64,000 nucleotides of DNA from an uncultured Dehalococcoidia bacterium (GTDB lineage Bacteria; Chloroflexota; Dehalococcoidia; Lucifugimonadales; UBA3495): positions 69,464 through 133,463 of the forward strand of contig CATMOE010000004.1 of the NCBI GenBank assembly GCA_950072105.1, in the 5' to 3' direction. The position numbers and the translations under genes are program-made. The notes under the pieces were generated by a model. It was not told the origin of the DNA and did not search any database. It saw only the letters and a list, made by a program, of their open reading frames with translations. Positions 49,621 to 59,623 of the stretch are shown in pieces; position 1 is the stretch's first letter, and the number at the start of each line of letters is the position of its first letter.

Positions 49621-50359
49621 ACTCTACAAACGCAATCACCAATACGGGAGATCCGCTGCCGCCCTGCAATCGGAGGATTCCGATAACCAGGGTGATTCCG
49701 GTTGGCGGCAGCAGGTCCAGATTGGTAAGGTTTTCCAGCGCGATCCTGGGCTGTTCCAGCAGTAACTTGTTCACGCTGAAACTGCCGTCCCAGCCGGGCT
49801 CCAATCCAGCGGTGTCCGTGCCCAATCCGGCGATGGCCCGCTGGTCTATCAGGAATCTGGCGGCGTCGTGGTTGAATCCGGGAAAGCGCGGTTCGCCGTT
49901 GGGCTCGGCTCCCAGATACGCCACGGAGTCGTGCCACTTTCTTTGCCATCCGGTATGCAAGAGAACGACCGCGTTGGGCGGAACCGTGCCGTGGCGCTCT
50001 TCCCAGGCTGCAATCTCGGCGGCACTCAGCGCGTAGCTAGGGTTGCCGATGCATCGCTCCTCAACGTCGATCACCACTGCCGGGGCGGTCAGCGACTCAG
50101 CGAGATAGGAGTCTATGCTCAAGCCGCCGGGATGGAAGGCGATGGGAGCGTTGATGTGGGTGGCGCTGTGTTCTCCCATGGAAAACCGGCGTAGGTAGTA
50201 CCCATCCCGGTCCGGCGTGGCCACCTCTTGGAATTCCACTGGGGGGTCCCCTGGCCATTGGGGTATGCCGGAGTGTATCGTGTGGGACAGGTCCACTACT
50301 CTGCTATAGGTGATTGTCTTGGTTGCCGGGGCGTCCCGCCCCTGTTCCGGTCCTACCAT
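49619..50359 (-). CDS. Cyclase family protein (kynurenine formamidase-like)
   Basis: DLSH, WPGDP, EHSATHINAP, LLHTGW, GTDT, LENLTNL, GSGSP. Confidence 0.88.
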   Translation of the reverse strand: MVGPEQGRDAPATKTITYSRVVDLSHTIHSGIPQWPGDPPVEFQEVATPDRDGYYLRRFSMGEHSATHINAPIAFHPGGLSIDSYLAESLTAPAVVIDVEERCIGNPSYALSAAEIAAWEERHGTVPPNAVVLLHTGWQRKWHDSVAYLGAEPNGEPRFPGFNHDAARFLIDQRAIAGLGTDTAGLEPGWDGSFSVNKLLLEQPRIALENLTNLDLLPPTGITLVIGILRLQGGSGSPVLVIAFVE

Positions 50360-50389
50360 TTCCTCGTCCTCACCGGGTAATCGTCTCAG

Positions 50390-50418
50390 TTGACGCTTAA
50401 AACAGGCCCGGCTAGAAT
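50390..50418 (+). promoter_or_regulatory. Sigma70-type promoter upstream of the ferritin-like gene
   Basis: TTGACG-17 bp-TAGAAT. Confidence 0.55.
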
Positions 50419-50561
50419 ACCAGGGATTTCAATTCGGCAGTCAATAGATGAGATTGTTCGCCGCCGAATCATACCCCGAAATTGTCTAATTTGAAGTCGT
50501 ATAGAGGTAATCCGTATTGGTTTCGCTAGTTAGAATATAAAATAGAAGACATCTTATCTAC

Positions 50562-51785
50562 ATGCTGTCCGAAGCCGCCGAGCTTGAGCATGGGATCATG
50601 TGCTGCTATCTGTATTGCGCCTTCAGTATGAAGAGGGATGTTGCGGAAGGGGTTACCGAGGAGCAGCTGAAAAGCATACAGGGATGGCGTAGGACTATTA
50701 TGGAGATCGCCGTTGAAGAGATGCTGCACATGTGCTTGGCCTGCAACCTTCTCACGGCGGTGGGCGGCGCCGCTCATCTGCGCCGGCCCAATCTTCCTTC
50801 AAGCCCCAGGGCCTACCCCCCATCCTTCAGACTAGCGTTGGCCCCTTTCTGCCGGGAATCCCTGGCAACGTTCGTGTACATCGAAAGGCCGCTGGATCTG
50901 GTGGAGGCTGACGAGAAGGCGTCCGGGCTATCGGCGCATCCACTCCAGACAAGGCTCAGCGATATTTTCTCCAGCGCCCGCGACTACCGGAGCCAAGGCC
51001 AACTGTATCTCGGCATAGAAGACGGCCTTGGGTACCTATCTCAGAAATACGGTGAGGACAAGCTTTTCCTTGGGCCGCCTGACTCACAGATAACCGGCTC
51101 TCATTTTGATCTTCCAGACTTGATTCAGGTCACGGATCTGGCTTCCGCCGGGCAGGCCTTGCAAGGAATCATCAAGCAGGGTGAAGGGGCCAGGGGCGTC
51201 ACCGCGGACTCTCATTACGGCAAGTTCGTCGCTATTCAAGAAGAGTATGAAGAGATTCTCAAGGAGGACCCCAACTTCGAGCCGGGACGTCCGGTGATCT
51301 ACAATCCGTATTCGATGTTGCCTGGAGACATCAGCGATGAAACCACGATCAATCTTTTAGAAGACTCCTTGAGCATCGACGTAAGCAATCTGTTCGATGG
51401 GTGCTACGAGCTCATGATGCAGATGCTTGGGAGGCTGTTTCTACACGGAGGGGAATCCCAGGAAGAGCTGACAAAACTGGCGGATATCACCGTGAAGCTG
51501 ATGTTTGGCGTGATTGGGCCTCTGGGAGAGGCGCTGACAACACTGCCCGCGGGAGCTTCCTATCCGGGTATGAAGGCAGGCGCAAGTTTCCGCTTTTCGC
51601 GGGATATCAACACACCACCCAACCAAGTGGCGGCTTGGGAATTATTCATCGAACGGTTAAAAGAACTGTCCGCCTACACCGGGTTTCTCCAAAGCCACGA
51701 GGTTGTGTCGACGGTGTTGGGACGCGTCAGAAGATCGTTGTCCCAATGTGCCGATCAGCTTGACAGTGTGAGGCAGCAAAGTTAG
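50562..51785 (+). CDS. Ferritin-like domain protein (VioB C-terminal-like); possible nonsense codon in the original N-terminus
   Basis: EAAELEH...YLY.AFS, IAVEEMLHM...NLLTAVGG, QGEG, SHYGKF. Confidence 0.75.
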   Translation: MLSEAAELEHGIMCCYLYCAFSMKRDVAEGVTEEQLKSIQGWRRTIMEIAVEEMLHMCLACNLLTAVGGAAHLRRPNLPSSPRAYPPSFRLALAPFCRESLATFVYIERPLDLVEADEKASGLSAHPLQTRLSDIFSSARDYRSQGQLYLGIEDGLGYLSQKYGEDKLFLGPPDSQITGSHFDLPDLIQVTDLASAGQALQGIIKQGEGARGVTADSHYGKFVAIQEEYEEILKEDPNFEPGRPVIYNPYSMLPGDISDETTINLLEDSLSIDVSNLFDGCYELMMQMLGRLFLHGGESQEELTKLADITVKLMFGVIGPLGEALTTLPAGASYPGMKAGASFRFSRDINTPPNQVAAWELFIERLKELSAYTGFLQSHEVVSTVLGRVRRSLSQCADQLDSVRQQS

Positions 51786-51873
51786 CCTACGGCCATCCTC
51801 TGGCCAAGTCGCGGCCGTCTCGCGAACCGAATATGAATTCTTCTAGCATCCAGACAGCCTCTGAGGCAAGCCG

Positions 51874-54567
51874 ATGATCTGCACAAGCTGTGGTTTTGAC
51901 AATCCCGAAGGGATGAACTTCTGCGGCCGATGCTCCACGCCCCTCAGTTATCTGCCCACCGGGGTAATTACCTACCTCTTTACCGACTTGGAAGGCAGCA
52001 CCCAACTTTGGCAGGAGCACCCCGGCGAAATGAGCGGCGTGTTGGCCCGCCACGATGCATTGCTCACCTCCGTGAACGAAGAGCATGGCGGCATGGTTGT
52101 CAGGAGCCGCGACGAAGGGGACAGCCTTTTCGCGGTGTTCGTTCGCGCCAGAGACGCGGCTGCCGCGGCCTGTGCCGTACAGCAAGCTATCCTCAAGGAA
52201 CCCTGGGCGTTGGAGCTCTCCATCAAGGTCCGGATGGCTCTCCATACCGGAGAGTCTGAGCTACGGGAACACGATTACTATGGTCCGGTGGTGAACCGAT
52301 GCGCCCGCCTCCGGGGCATCGCCCATGGCGGCCAAGTCGTCCTGTCTCAGGTAACTTCGGAGTTGGTGCAGGATGCCTTGCCTGAAGGCGTGTCCCTGCG
52401 CGACATGGGTACGCATCGGCTCCGGGGGATGGAGCGGCCGGAGCAAGTGTTCCAGCTTCTTCACCCAGACCTTCCCGCGGATTTCCCGGCCTTGGAATCG
52501 TTGGATGAACACCGGCACAACCTGCCGGTCCAACTTACCAGTTTCATCGGACGGCAAGAAGAGATCGATGAGGTCGCCAGCATGCTTCCCACCGCTCGTC
52601 TTATTACTCTCGCGGGCGCGGGCGGTTCCGGTAAAACGAGGCTGGCTCAGGAGATTGGCGCTACGGTCATCGAAGATTATCCCGGTGGGGTTTGGTTCAT
52701 CGGGCTAGCGGCCCTGTCGGACCCCAATGTGTTGCAATCCCACGTAGCCGAAATATTCGACGTCGGCCAAGACGCCCTCCATGGATACTTGCAAGGGAAA
52801 ACTGTGCTCCTGATTTTGGACAACTGCGAGCATTTGATCGTCGCCGCGGCATCGCTGGTCCAGTGGTTGCTTTCTTGCCCCGGTGTCTCCGTGCTTGCCA
52901 CCAGCCGGGAGCCGTTGAACCTAACGGGAGAGCGGATGTTCCAAGTGCCGCCCCTGCCCGTTCCCGTAGTCGCCGCCATCGATGACATATTGGTTGACTG
53001 CCCTTCGGTGCAACTCTTCCTAGAGCGGGCCTGGGCAGCGAGGCCCGATTTTGAGTTAACTTCTGGCAACGCAGGGTCCGTGAACCAGATTGTGCGGAGG
53101 CTCGACGGGATTCCCTTGGCGATAGAGCTGGCGGCGGCTCGGATGAAAATGATTCAACCGGCCCAGATCGCCAGCCGCCTTGATGATTGCTTTAAAATCC
53201 TGTCCGGCGGGCCGGTCGATGCCTTGCCGCACCACCAGACCATCGAGCGGGCTATCGACTGGAGCTACGACATGCTGGATCCGGAGCAGCAGATGCTCTT
53301 CCGCCAGGTCTCGGTGTTTCGCGGTGGTTTCACCCTGGACGCCGGCAGTGCGGTCATGGGAACTGAAGACGAGTTCGAGGCGCTTGATGCCATCGGCGAG
53401 TTGGTGGACAAATCCTTGGTGCGGACGATGCCCGCAGGCGAGGAAACACGGTACTACATGCTGGAGCCGCTGCGGCAGTACGCCGCTGCCCGGATCACCG
53501 CGGACGAGGCGGCAGAAGCGGGCGGCCGGCACGCCCGGTACTATCGGGATCTTGCCGAACGGGCTGCGCCGGACTTGCACGGCCCCCGCCAACTCGAATG
53601 GCTGGCGAGGCTGGAGACGGAACACGACAACTTCCGTGTAGCGATGACTTGGGGTTTGGAAGCGGGAGACGCGGATCTAGGACTACGTACTGTGGCTGCC
53701 TTGGGTTGGTTCTGGTTGGTGCGTCGGCACATGGCCGAGGCTATGGATTGGTTCGACCGGGTACTGGCTATCGACGGAGGATCTTCAAGCGCCCGTGCTT
53801 CGGCGCTGGTTCAGTCCGGATTTACCGGCTCGGTAGTGCGTCATGACGACTTCGAAGGGTGTCTGGTAAAGATCCATGATGGACTGGCGCGTTTCACCGA
53901 TCTGGGAGACGAGCAAGGGGTAAGGACGGCTGAGACCTACGAGGCCACGATCCTGTGGTTCCAGAGAGACTTGGAGGCAGCGAACCGTAAGCTTGTCGAG
54001 ATCCAGGCGGCCCACCGGTCCTATGGGTTCGAGTGGGGAGATGCGTTTTGCGACTTCTTCTTAGGTTCTTCTGCTTGGTTCGCCGGAAATCTCGCCGAAT
54101 CGGTCGAGCATTGCAGTCGAGGACTGGAAACATTCCGGCGCATCGGGGACACCGGGATGATAGCCTGGACGGGCGTCCGTTTGGGAAACACGTTACTAGA
54201 ATCTGGCAGGCTGGAAGAGGCTACCGCGCTTTATGAAGAGAGCATTCCACCGATGGCCGATCTGGGTGACCGCCTTGGCGTCGGAACGATTCAATTGGGA
54301 CTTGGATTAGCGGCTCATTTCCAGGGCGATTCGGAATCGGCCAGTCAGATACTTGGCGAGGCGCAGATCAATCTCAGGGAGGGCGGCGGAGGCCAAGAAC
54401 TGGCCTGGGCGATATCAAATGCGCTGATAGACACCTCCACCCAAGAACTTCTGATCGAGGCAGCGGACCGCTACAAGAGGGGTCTAACCCTGCCACTTGA
54501 AGATTGGGTGGAGATGGTGTGTGCCGATGGCGAGGTGTGGCGGAGCCGGACTAGGTCCGGAGACTAG
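51874..54567 (+). CDS. Zn-ribbon + class III adenylate/guanylate cyclase + STAND (NB-ARC-like) ATPase + TPR protein
   Basis: CTSC..CGRC; FTDLEGST, EGDSLFAVF, HTGE, VNRCARL; HNLP..LTSFIGR, GAGGSGKTRLA, LILDNCEH, LDGIPLAIELAAAR. Confidence 0.9.
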   Translation: MICTSCGFDNPEGMNFCGRCSTPLSYLPTGVITYLFTDLEGSTQLWQEHPGEMSGVLARHDALLTSVNEEHGGMVVRSRDEGDSLFAVFVRARDAAAAACAVQQAILKEPWALELSIKVRMALHTGESELREHDYYGPVVNRCARLRGIAHGGQVVLSQVTSELVQDALPEGVSLRDMGTHRLRGMERPEQVFQLLHPDLPADFPALESLDEHRHNLPVQLTSFIGRQEEIDEVASMLPTARLITLAGAGGSGKTRLAQEIGATVIEDYPGGVWFIGLAALSDPNVLQSHVAEIFDVGQDALHGYLQGKTVLLILDNCEHLIVAAASLVQWLLSCPGVSVLATSREPLNLTGERMFQVPPLPVPVVAAIDDILVDCPSVQLFLERAWAARPDFELTSGNAGSVNQIVRRLDGIPLAIELAAARMKMIQPAQIASRLDDCFKILSGGPVDALPHHQTIERAIDWSYDMLDPEQQMLFRQVSVFRGGFTLDAGSAVMGTEDEFEALDAIGELVDKSLVRTMPAGEETRYYMLEPLRQYAAARITADEAAEAGGRHARYYRDLAERAAPDLHGPRQLEWLARLETEHDNFRVAMTWGLEAGDADLGLRTVAALGWFWLVRRHMAEAMDWFDRVLAIDGGSSSARASALVQSGFTGSVVRHDDFEGCLVKIHDGLARFTDLGDEQGVRTAETYEATILWFQRDLEAANRKLVEIQAAHRSYGFEWGDAFCDFFLGSSAWFAGNLAESVEHCSRGLETFRRIGDTGMIAWTGVRLGNTLLESGRLEEATALYEESIPPMADLGDRLGVGTIQLGLGLAAHFQGDSESASQILGEAQINLREGGGGQELAWAISNALIDTSTQELLIEAADRYKRGLTLPLEDWVEMVCADGEVWRSRTRSGD

Positions 54568-54602
54568 AGTGCGGGCCAGCTACGCCCAAACTGGCGAGCC
54601 TT

Positions 54603-54629
54603 AAGTCCCCCTTTACGAAAGGGGGACTT
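54603..54629. repeat. REP-like palindrome family A / possible terminator
   Basis: aagtcccccttt-acg-aaagggggactt, a perfect 12-bp stem. Confidence 0.7.
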
Positions 54630-54637
54630 TGTTGTTC

Positions 54638-54832
54638 TTACAGGACAGCTAGTTGAGATTGCTGGATCGGGACCGGTTCGCCTTGAACCATATGGTGGTC
54701 CACCCATTGCATGGCTTCCCGGGACGTGGCACAGGCAGCCAACTCGACACGCTTTGGGCGGCGGCCGAAAATGGTGTAGCAGATAGACCGGAATTTCCGA
54801 TGAATGACGTAGCCTCGATAGAATAAGTTCAT
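54638..54832 (-). CDS. Hypothetical small protein (64 aa)
   Basis: GGAGGAG upstream; occupies an otherwise empty intergenic gap; YRGYVIH...AMQWVD. Confidence 0.45.
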   Translation of the reverse strand: MNLFYRGYVIHRKFRSICYTIFGRRPKRVELAACATSREAMQWVDHHMVQGEPVPIQQSQLAVL

Positions 54833-54936
54833 AAATATTGCGTCTCCTCCCTCCGCCCTTCCGCATAAAAAACAACTTGTGGCGGCCTGGGAAACACATG
54901 TTCTAATAAACCAGGCAGCTAGTCAATGAGCAAGTG

Positions 54937-56942
54937 TCAGTTCGTACCAGAGAAGGTGGCCTGAATCTCTCCACCGCTGAGGGCGCGGTTGTAGAGTTTG
55001 GCTTCGTCGATGATGCCGTCGAAAAATTGGATAGTACCTGGGTCTCCCGCGCCGATGACAAGGGCCTGCACCTGGTTGAGGACGGTCATAGTCGTTGTCA
55101 GAACCGGTACGCCATCCGCGTAAATTACCGTGCCCCCGGCGACACCGCTCTGGAAAGTAATCGCAACATGATGGAACTGCCCGTCGGCAAGGTTGACACC
55201 GGTCGACCTAGTTTGACCCGAGCCCCAGTCATGGGTAACCAAAACGCCGTTCTGTAGGAATAGGCCATAGGCTCCCCGTTTTACGACTATTCCCCGGAAA
55301 TCGCCTCCGGAGTTGGTGGTTTTGATCCAAGCTTCCAGGGTGCCCGTGGAGACCTGGAGGCTTGAGGTATTGGAGATTGCCACATAGTCATTTGCCCCGT
55401 CTAGACTGAAAGCCTGATTCACCTTTCCGGCGGCAAAGGTTGCGCCGTTCCGCATGGTTCCGTTTACGCCACTGACGATATCATTGGCGTTTCCGTTGCC
55501 GGGCCACCAGTTCAGCAGTCCAGGAGAAGGCGGCGCCGGCGTAGGTGTGGAAGGTACAGGTGTAGGCGTCGGAGGTACCGGCGTAGGCGTCGGAGGAACC
55601 TGCGTGGGAGTGGGAGGCACCGGGGTGGGCGTCGGAGGCACCGGCATCGGTGTGGAAGGTGCGGGGGTAGGCGTCGGAGGAACCTGCGTGGGAGTGGGAG
55701 GCACCGGGGTGGGAGTAGCGGTTGGCGTCGGGCCTTGGGTGGGTGCTGGTCTCGGGGTGGGGGTAGTCGTAGCGGCAGGCGCGAGAGTGGGTGCGGTGGT
55801 AGGAGTGGGAGTGGCAAAAAGAACCAGGGTCGGCATTGGGACTTGCGTGGCCGAACGCGTTTGGGTAGGGGTGGGTGTGGCGAGAGGGGTGCGAGGAGGA
55901 TTGTTATCGATCCGTTCGATGATTCGTTGATCAATGAGCCGGGCGATTCTGGCTACGTCGTCCGAGTGGACCTGGCCGCGGGGGCCTCCGGCGATCAGTT
56001 GGGCGGCTATACGGCCCTGGGCAAACCACATCATATAGACGTCTAGATTGATGGGGGGCGTCTGAACCCTCATCAAGAAACCCGCCGTAGCATCGCCGAT
56101 GGCCGGAAGGTCTATGGCCTAGACCACAACGTTCTCTGGACTAAATCCGGCCCCTTCCGCGAACGCCGGACCTGCCAGCTGGGCGAACAACTGAGGGTCC
56201 ATGGCTCTCATCACCAGAACCGGCGCACTGGCATCGGAGGAGGTGGCGTACATCTCGACGGTGCTGCTGAGATTGCTCAACTGAGACAAGCCTAGAGTGA
56301 AGAACAACCCCTCTGCCTCAAATTCCCGCTCGTACGTAAGGAGGGCGTCGGTATCTTGGACGTAGCCCTCTCCCTCGATGATCGCTCCGGGGGCTATGTC
56401 CGCCAAAGTAGGCAATAGCGCGGGCAGGTCGTTGGTATTCGTGGGATCCGTTGGCATAGGGGTCAGGGTGGGCGCCGGCGTAGGGGGGATCCAGAGGTAC
56501 GCGTCGGTGGTACGGAGGCCGGTGGCATGGCGGTGGCTCGTACGGCGGCGGAAGGTGCGAGGGTGGATGGTGCGGCGGTGGGAGGCACGGCGATGACCCG
56601 CACCAGCCTCACTATCACCGTGTGGCTGGAGTTCATGTCTATCTTGGCGGACACTCCAACCTCGTCGTAGACCGGCCCAGCCCACCGATCAACTTGCCAG
56701 CCCTTCTTGGGTAAGATATCGATCGCCACCGTGCGGCCACGCACATAGCGCCCGCCTTCGATGGGCGTGGGATTGAGGAGAACATCCGCTGCTTCGGGGG
56801 GGTCCGCTATGATTTCCAATTCGTGGGTGATTGTTATTGGTGTCGGCGTAGGTGCAGGCGGTGGGACGGGCGTCGGTGCGACGGCGCATGCCGCCCCGGC
56901 CAGAGACGCGATAATCACCAACGAGACAATCAGACGTTGCAT
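54937..56942 (-). pseudogene. Disrupted surface lipoprotein (lipobox, bacterial-repeat domain, PT linkers, C-terminal LamG-like jellyroll)
   Basis: Three track ORFs (56463-56942, 56119-56685, 54937-56076) join via a frameshift at the G6 run 56483-56488 and an in-frame TAG at 56119-56121. LAGAAC lipobox; [35 protein letters not shown]. Confidence 0.75.
55583..55713. repeat. 47-bp exact direct repeat in the Pro/Thr linker (84-bp period)
   Basis: gtaggcgtcggaggaacctgcgtgggagtgggaggcaccggggtggg at 55583 and 55667. Confidence 0.8.
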
Positions 56943-57026
56943 TAAGGCCCCTGTACAGAGTAGGCGGGTTGGGGCAGGATCGTCTAAGCCCGGACACGGC
57001 TGCCGAAGGTATTATGCCAGAACCAT

Positions 57027-58277
57027 CTAGGCGCCGGCGCTATCTAGGAACTCCTGCATGGGCTTAGTTTCCTGGGTGGATGCCTGCATGTCGCGAATCA
57101 TAACTACGCCCTGCTCGATCTCGTCGTCTCCCAAGATCGCGGTGTAAGGGATCCCCAGAGCGTTGGCTTGGCGCATCTGACCCCTTAGCCCACGGGAGCC
57201 GCTGCTCAAGATAGCTCCCACCCCGTTGGCCCGTAGCCGGGCGGCCAGTTCCAATGCGGCCGGGCGGGCAGCATCGCCCACATTGGCCACCAGATACTTG
57301 GGAGAAGGTTCATCGGGCACTTCTACTCCGCCGCGTTCCAGGTTCAAGGCCAGGCGCTCCATACCGGTGGCGAAGCCGATTCCCGGCGTGGAACGGCCAC
57401 CCAGACTCTCGATCAGTCCGTCGTAACGGCCGCCGCCGCAGATGGTGGACTGAGCGCCGCCTTCTAGGGGCTGAATCTCGAAGACGGTGCGGCTGTAGTA
57501 ATCCAGACCACGCACCAGCCGGTGGTCGATCTCGTAGGGTATAGCCACGGCGTCAAGGTATCCCCTAAGGCTGGACCAGTGGTCCTGGCAGGCTTGGCAC
57601 AAATGATCCGACGACCGGGGCGCTTCATCTCCAAGAGCCCGGCAGGTCTCAACCTTGCAATCCAAGAGACGAAGGGGGTTACGGTCCAGACGCTGCCGGC
57701 ATTCGGCGCAGAGCTTGCTTTCGTGACCCTGGTAATAGTTCTTCAGTTCGCCAACGTATGCTGGGCGGCATTCAGTGTCGCCGATGCTGTTGATCAGCAA
57801 ACTAGTGTCTTTCAGCCCCAAGGAAAGCATCAATCGCCAGGCCAGTTCGATTACCTCAGCGTCCACCGAAGGGTCGGCGTCTCCCAGCACTTCTACGCCG
57901 AACTGATGGTGCTCGCGAAATCGCCCGGCTTGAGGCCGTTCGTAGCGAAACACTGGGCAGAAGTAGTACATCCGCACGGGCTGGGGCAGGTTGTGCATAC
58001 CGTGTTCCAGGTAGGCCCGGCAGACCGGGGCGGTACCCTCGGGACGCAGTGTCACTTGGTCGCCACCCCGGTCCTCGAAGGTGTACATCTCCTTTTCCAC
58101 GATGTCCGTGCCTTCCCCCACCGATCGGATGAACAGGTTCGAGTCCTCGAACACCGGAGTGTCGATCCGGCCAAAGCCGTATTGCCTAGCCAGGTCTACG
58201 GCTTTGGATTCGATGTATCTCCAATACTTTTGGTCCTGGGGGAGCAGGTCGTTGGTGCCTCTGGGCGCTTGGAACAA
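57027..58277 (-). CDS. hisS: Histidine--tRNA ligase
   Basis: PRGTND, KEMYTF, LRPEGTA, FRYERPQAGR, LVRGLDYY, GGGRYD, GMERL. Confidence 0.97.
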   Translation of the reverse strand: MFQAPRGTNDLLPQDQKYWRYIESKAVDLARQYGFGRIDTPVFEDSNLFIRSVGEGTDIVEKEMYTFEDRGGDQVTLRPEGTAPVCRAYLEHGMHNLPQPVRMYYFCPVFRYERPQAGRFREHHQFGVEVLGDADPSVDAEVIELAWRLMLSLGLKDTSLLINSIGDTECRPAYVGELKNYYQGHESKLCAECRQRLDRNPLRLLDCKVETCRALGDEAPRSSDHLCQACQDHWSSLRGYLDAVAIPYEIDHRLVRGLDYYSRTVFEIQPLEGGAQSTICGGGRYDGLIESLGGRSTPGIGFATGMERLALNLERGGVEVPDEPSPKYLVANVGDAARPAALELAARLRANGVGAILSSGSRGLRGQMRQANALGIPYTAILGDDEIEQGVVMIRDMQASTQETKPMQEFLDSAGA

Positions 58278-58377
58278 GTTCTTTAGTCTCCTTGATTGAT
58301 GGCGTTAAGACGGCCCATTATACGTGGTCATAGTGGAGGTGGAAACCGTCGCTGATCCGGTGAAATGGTGCCGGCGA

Positions 58378-59613
58378 TCAGACAACCCGGTCCGTCTCCA
58401 TGCCCAGGAGTTGCTCCTCGGTTAGTCCACCGATGGAACACAGAATGTCATGGTTGTGTTCGCCCAACAACGGCGGGGGACCGGTGGGGGTGTCGGGGCA
58501 GGCGGTAAGGTTGATGGGTGTGTTGGCCGTCCGGAATGAGCCTCCCATGGTGTCGCCGCAGTCGACGAACATCTTGCGAGCCTCCAGGTGGGGGCATTGG
58601 TCCAGGTCGGCGGTGTTCTGCACCATTCCCATTGAGTAACCGATCTCGATGAGCTGCTCGGCCACCTCCCTTTTCGACAAGTGTTGGGACCACTCCTCGA
58701 TGGCGGGGACGATGTTCTCGAAGTAGAACTCGCCGCTGATACCCTTGCCCAGATACCGGGGGTCCTGGATCAGGTCTTCCCGGCCCACGAGTTGCCATAG
58801 GGCGACCCACTTCTCCTCGTCGCCGGCCCCGGCCAGCACCGCGTACCCATCGTTGGTTTTCAGCGCCAGTTGGGCGCTGAACATGTTCTCCCTGGCCCGG
58901 CTACTGCTTTGGCCGGTCAATTGGTACAGGGGCATGCTGCTGGTGGTGTGGGCTACCATGCAGTCGTACATGGCCATGTCCACGTGCTGTCCCTTGCCAG
59001 TCTTATGCCGGGCTTCCAAGGCCAACATAACGCCCAGGGCTGACCAGACTCCGGGCACGGTGTCGCCGATGTTGTCGCCGACCATCTGCGGAGCCCCGCC
59101 GTGGGCTCCGGTGATCTCCATCCAGCCGCCCATGCCTTGAACGCAAGGGTTGTTGGCCGGCCACTGGGAGTAGGGGCCTTGCATATCATCGGAGTCGCCG
59201 TAGCCGGTGATGCTGGCGTAGATCAGGCCGGGGTTCAATTCGGAGAGCGTTTCGTAGCCCAAACCCAGCCGCCGCAGTGCGCCGGGACCCCAGTTGTCCA
59301 GAAGGATGTCAGACTCTTTGACCATCTTCTCGAAGGCGGATCTGCATCGGGGGTCGCGTAGGTCTAAGGTCACGCTTTTCTTGTTCCGGTTGACGCCCAG
59401 GTATCTCACGGAGACTTTCTGCCCATTGGCTCCGTCCTTGAAGGGGGTATTGATCCGTGAACGATCACCGAATCCGGGCCGTTCTACTTTGATAACTTCG
59501 GCGCCCATGTCGGCAAATATCATCGAGCAGAAGGGACCAGCCACTATGTGGGTCAGGTCCAAGACCCGGATGCCTTCCAGGGGCAAGGGTAGCTTTTCGC
59601 CGTTAGCCGTCAT
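58378..59613 (-). CDS. Family III CoA transferase (CaiB/BaiF)
   Basis: LEGIRVLDL, AGPF, MGAEVIKVE, NRNKKS, SITGYG, PPLLGEHN. Confidence 0.92.
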   Translation of the reverse strand: MTANGEKLPLPLEGIRVLDLTHIVAGPFCSMIFADMGAEVIKVERPGFGDRSRINTPFKDGANGQKVSVRYLGVNRNKKSVTLDLRDPRCRSAFEKMVKESDILLDNWGPGALRRLGLGYETLSELNPGLIYASITGYGDSDDMQGPYSQWPANNPCVQGMGGWMEITGAHGGAPQMVGDNIGDTVPGVWSALGVMLALEARHKTGKGQHVDMAMYDCMVAHTTSSMPLYQLTGQSSSRARENMFSAQLALKTNDGYAVLAGAGDEEKWVALWQLVGREDLIQDPRYLGKGISGEFYFENIVPAIEEWSQHLSKREVAEQLIEIGYSMGMVQNTADLDQCPHLEARKMFVDCGDTMGGSFRTANTPINLTACPDTPTGPPPLLGEHNHDILCSIGGLTEEQLLGMETDRVV

Positions 59614-59623
59614 AGTTAAACCT

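Noticed and set aside
55512..55880. Repeated 21-bp-period GC-rich units as a CRISPR array
   Set aside because: They encode the Pro/Thr linker (PPTPTPV); there are no unique spacers and no cas genes.
56119..56121. In-frame TAG as pyrrolysine
   Set aside because: No pyl genes in the window, not a known Pyl protein family, and the gene has a second lesion; a nonsense mutation is simpler.
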